Positions 60,694 to 64,000 of a stretch of 64,000 bases of DNA are shown here, piece by piece; within the stretch, counting starts at the first letter, position 1; the number at the start of each line of letters is the position of its first letter. This DNA comes from Candidatus Eiseniibacteriota bacterium (lineage in GTDB: Bacteria; Eisenbacteria; RBG-16-71-46): positions 928,001-992,000 of the forward strand of contig CAVQXP010000004.1 of NCBI GenBank assembly GCA_963717935.1, given 5' to 3'. A program made the translations under genes and the position numbers. The notes beneath the pieces were generated by a model. That model had not been told where the DNA came from. It was given only the letters and a program-made list of their open reading frames with translations, and made no database searches.

Positions 60694-61254
60694 ATGCACG
60701 AGCACGATGAATCCGAGGTCCGCCGTCTGGTGCGCGAGGCCGTGGACCGCGCGCTCGGCCCGGAGTCCGCCGCCGATCCGCGACCCGCGAGCCCCGCCTC
60801 CCGCCGCGTCGCCCTCGGCTCCGATCACGGCGGGTTCGAGCTCAAGGAGATCCTCCGCCAGTATGTCGCGGACGAGCTGGGCTGGGAGGTCCACGACTGC
60901 GGCACGCACTCCACCGACGCGGTCGACTACCCGGACTATGCCGCCGCGGTGGCGCGCGAGGTCGCGGCCGGCCGCTGTGCCCTTGGCATCGTGGTGGACG
61001 CGGCGGGCATCGGATCCGCGATGGCGGCGAACAAGATCGCCGGCGTGCGCTGCGCCGTGGGCCACGACGACCGCACCGTGCTCAACGGCCGCGAGCACAA
61101 CGACGCCAACATGCTCTCGCTTGGCGCGCGCGTCGTGAACCGGGGACTCGCGCAGCGCCTCGTGCGCCTGTTCCTCACGACCCCCTTCGCCGGCGGCCGT
61201 CACGAGCGCCGGGTGCAGAAGATCATGGCGCTCGAGCGCGGCTCCGGCCGGTAG
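60694..61254 (+). CDS. rpiB: Ribose-5-phosphate isomerase B family
   Basis: GSDHGGFELK, VDYPD, GIGSAMAANK, REHNDAN, GGRHERRV. Confidence 0.92.
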   Translation: MHEHDESEVRRLVREAVDRALGPESAADPRPASPASRRVALGSDHGGFELKEILRQYVADELGWEVHDCGTHSTDAVDYPDYAAAVAREVAAGRCALGIVVDAAGIGSAMAANKIAGVRCAVGHDDRTVLNGREHNDANMLSLGARVVNRGLAQRLVRLFLTTPFAGGRHERRVQKIMALERGSGR

Positions 61255-61292
61255 CGACGCCCCGGACACGACACCCCGACCCCACGAGGCCC

Positions 61293-62369
61293 ATGCGAAT
61301 CACCGAGCGAGTCATCCGGCGGCTGCCCAAGACCGACCTGCACTGCCACCTCGACGGCTGCCTGCGTCCGGGCACCGTCCTCGAGCTGGCCCGGGCGCAG
61401 GGCGTGAAGCTCCCGGCCCGCAGCCTGGCGCAGCTGACGAAGGTGCTGAAGGCGGGCAAGCGCACGCGCAATCTCGGCGAGTACCTCAAGATCTTCGACC
61501 TCACGCTGGCCGTGATGCAGGAGAAGGAGGCGCTCTACCGGGTCGCCTACGAGCTGGCCGAGGACGCCGCCGCGGAGAACGTCTGCCACCTCGAGGTGCG
61601 CTACTCGCCGATCCTGCACCGCAAGCGGAAACTCGACTTCGAGGACATCGTGGACACGGTCATCGCCGGCCTGCACGACGCGGGCAGCAAGTTCGGCATG
61701 ACCACGGGCGTGATCATCTGCGGCATCCGCTCGATGGACCCGAAGTTCTCGCTGGCGCTGGCCGAGCTGGCCGTGGCCTACAAGGGCAAGGGCGTGCTGG
61801 CCTTCGACCTGGCGGGGCAGGAAAAGGACTACCCGGCCAAGGCGCACCGTGCGGCGTTCGAGCTGATCCTCAAGAACAACATCAACTCGACCGTGCACGC
61901 GGGCGAGGCGTTCGGCCCGGCCTCGATCTCGCAGGCGCTCCATTACTGCGGGGCGCACCGCATCGGGCACGGCACGCTGTTGCTCGAGGACCGGGACCTG
62001 ATGCAGTACGTCAACGACCATCGCATCCCGCTCGAGATGTGCCTGACCTCGAACCTGCAGACCGGGGCGGTGCAGAACATCAAGGAGCATCCGCTCGGTC
62101 TGTACTTCCGCCAGGGCCTGCGCGTCACCGTGAACACCGACAACCGGCTCATGTCGGACACCACCGTGACGGACGAGATCAAGCTCGCCGCGAGCGCGTT
62201 CCGCCTCAGCCCCTACGAGGTCAAGCGGCTCATCATCAACGGCTTCAAGAGCTCCTTCCTGCCCTATGCCGCCAAGGCGCGCCGCCTGCGCGAGGTGAAC
62301 ATCGAGACGGACCGGATCTTCATGGAGGAGTTCCCGGACGAGTACGACCGGCGCCTGACGAGCTTCTGA
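61293..62369 (+). CDS. add: Adenosine deaminase
   Basis: PKTDLHCHLDG, HAGE, RIGHG, CLTSN, NTDN. Confidence 0.95.
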   Translation: MRITERVIRRLPKTDLHCHLDGCLRPGTVLELARAQGVKLPARSLAQLTKVLKAGKRTRNLGEYLKIFDLTLAVMQEKEALYRVAYELAEDAAAENVCHLEVRYSPILHRKRKLDFEDIVDTVIAGLHDAGSKFGMTTGVIICGIRSMDPKFSLALAELAVAYKGKGVLAFDLAGQEKDYPAKAHRAAFELILKNNINSTVHAGEAFGPASISQALHYCGAHRIGHGTLLLEDRDLMQYVNDHRIPLEMCLTSNLQTGAVQNIKEHPLGLYFRQGLRVTVNTDNRLMSDTTVTDEIKLAASAFRLSPYEVKRLIINGFKSSFLPYAAKARRLREVNIETDRIFMEEFPDEYDRRLTSF

Positions 62370-64000
62370 TGGTTTCCCGTCCCGCCCTCCGGGCGCTCGT
62401 TCTCCTGTTGACGGTCCTGGTGCCCGCCACGGGCCTGGCCGCGTCCGCGGCGGCGGCGCCTTCCGCGGTGGCCGTGGACTCCATCCGGTATGCGACGACG
62501 CTCGCCGACGTCAACCAGGTCGGGCTCACCGTCACGAACTACGGATTCTTCGGCACCAACTTCACCTCGCGCTCGCCCTCCTTCGAGTACCCGCTCGGCA
62601 CGGGCTACGAGCACATGGCGCGCGGGGGCCTGTGGGTCGGCGCGCTGGCCCTCTCCGACACGGGTGCCTTCCTCGGGGTCTCGAGCGCCATCGTGGACAA
62701 CGCGCAGGGCACGGACGCCCTGTCCGAGACCGAGTTCACGCCGGCGAGCACGGGATTCGTGGAGTGGTCGCGCATCGCGAACAGCCCGGTCTTCTCTCCC
62801 GAAGCGGTCTCCGACCAGGATCTCAACTGCCTGTACTCGGACCAGCCGGGCCGCCCGCCGCGCGGGTACCAGGGTGAGGCCCATCGGCCGCTGCAGATCC
62901 TGGTCCGGCAGCGCACGCTGGGCTTCTCGCTGTCGGCGGCCAGCTCGTTCGTGATCCCGCAGTTCACCATCGTGAACCAGGGGCCGCCGCTGCGGGACGT
63001 CTACGTCGGGCTCTACGTGCAGCTCGTGAGCGGCGACAAGAACGCCTACGCCACCTGGCCACCCTCGGCCTCGAGCCCGGCGGGCTCCTGGTACTACAAG
63101 ACCCACTCCGAGTTCGACGCCCCGCGCCGGCTCTACAAGGAGCGCTACTGCGCGGCCGAGCCCTATCCGGCGAGCTGCAACATCGCCTACTGCCCGCCCT
63201 GGGCCGCGGTGAAGCTGCTGACCGTGAAGCCCGACACCATCGCCGGCAAGACGCTGAGCTTCCACTGGTGGAGCTACAGCCCGGGCGACACCGCGCGCGA
63301 CACCGATCGCAAGCGCTATGCCCTGATGAGCGACGGCGTGGTGGAGTCGGATTTCTCGAGCTGCGTGCCCGGGACCCAGAGTTGTTCGCCCATCATGGTG
63401 CTCTCGGTGGGGCCCTGGGCGCAGCTGGACCCCGGCGACAGCATCCGCGTGGATTTCGCCTTCGTCGGCGGCAACGACGAGCAGGCCCTGCTCGCGAACG
63501 CCGATTTCGCGCAGTTCACCTCGGACATCGACTACCGGCTGCCAGCTCCGCCGCCCTCGCCGCGGCTCCACGTCGGGAGCGGCGGCGGGCGCGTGGACCT
63601 CTACTGGGACGACTCGCCCGAGGGCGTCTCCGACCCGACGAGCCCCGCGCCGGACGGCATCGACTTCGAGGGCTACCGCGTCTACCTCGGCCTCGACCGC
63701 CAGAATCCCGGGCTGCTGGCGCAGTTCGACCGGTACGACGCGCCGCACGACACGATCGGCTTCAACACCGGGTTCGACGCCATCCGCCTGGCCACGCCGG
63801 TCACGCTGGACGGCGTGACCTATCGCTACAAGTACTCGATATCCGGGCTCAAGGACGGTTTCAACTACTTCGGCGCGGTCACCTCGTACGACCTCGGCGA
63901 CAGCAAGATCCCGAGCCTGGAGAGCGGCATCCAGCAGAACAAGTTCCAGGCCGTGCCCGCGCCCGCGCCGGGTGAGCGGGCCGGCGGGGTCACGGTGTTC
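62369..64000 (+). CDS. Large secreted protein (3' truncated), FCB-type with FN3-like module and start of a PNP-type C-terminal domain
   Basis: ATG overlaps the add stop; frame appears open to the window end (absent from the ORF track because it has no stop); signal peptide, TNYGFFG, FEYP.G.G.EH, PPPSP, LYWD, DFEGYRVY, AVTSYD, SLESG, ..VTVF. Confidence 0.85.
   Translation, partial: MVSRPALRALVLLLTVLVPATGLAASAAAAPSAVAVDSIRYATTLADVNQVGLTVTNYGFFGTNFTSRSPSFEYPLGTGYEHMARGGLWVGALALSDTGAFLGVSSAIVDNAQGTDALSETEFTPASTGFVEWSRIANSPVFSPEAVSDQDLNCLYSDQPGRPPRGYQGEAHRPLQILVRQRTLGFSLSAASSFVIPQFTIVNQGPPLRDVYVGLYVQLVSGDKNAYATWPPSASSPAGSWYYKTHSEFDAPRRLYKERYCAAEPYPASCNIAYCPPWAAVKLLTVKPDTIAGKTLSFHWWSYSPGDTARDTDRKRYALMSDGVVESDFSSCVPGTQSCSPIMVLSVGPWAQLDPGDSIRVDFAFVGGNDEQALLANADFAQFTSDIDYRLPAPPPSPRLHVGSGGGRVDLYWDDSPEGVSDPTSPAPDGIDFEGYRVYLGLDRQNPGLLAQFDRYDAPHDTIGFNTGFDAIRLATPVTLDGVTYRYKYSISGLKDGFNYFGAVTSYDLGDSKIPSLESGIQQNKFQAVPAPAPGERAGGVTVF

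Overview
Very GC-rich bacterial chromosomal DNA. The lineage is probably FCB-related and Candidatus Eisenbacteria-like; this is inferred from the TWGxxKxxYR-tailed secreted proteins, a gingipain/PorU-like C25 protease and PNP[FY]-type C-terminal domains. Contents in order: (1) lspA-rluD-rsbW-like-ruvX-mltG-larE and tRNA-Val(TAC); (2) five Cys-rich secreted proteins (one dockerin-like, three with a C-terminal TWGxxKxLYR tail), with a conserved GAAAGG[A/C]GGTG box 91-95 nt upstream of three of the genes; (3) SurA/PrsA-like PPIases, an RND pump, a large C25 peptidase, a HEAT-cyclophilin and a degenerate PAP2; (4) a nucleoside-salvage cluster (punA, nucleoside ABC transporter, tdk, udk, rpiB, add) split by two accessory blocks, a group 3b-type NiFe hydrogenase operon and a ~20 kb block with kdpFABCDE, a glycogen debranching enzyme, a hydrolase and a Ni-less Ehr/Hyf-like complex; (5) a truncated secreted protein at the right edge. 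The most notable unexplained signals are a candidate C-terminal-signal surface-display system, the fixed-distance SD-like box, a repeated long hairpin with a conserved 20-nt loop and covarying stems (16281-16358 and 60517-60586), two further hairpin repeat families at block junctions, and many -10 boxes only 6-9 nt before start codons. About eight small frameshifts look like sequencing or assembly indels. No CRISPR array, integrase, transposase or reverse transcriptase was seen.
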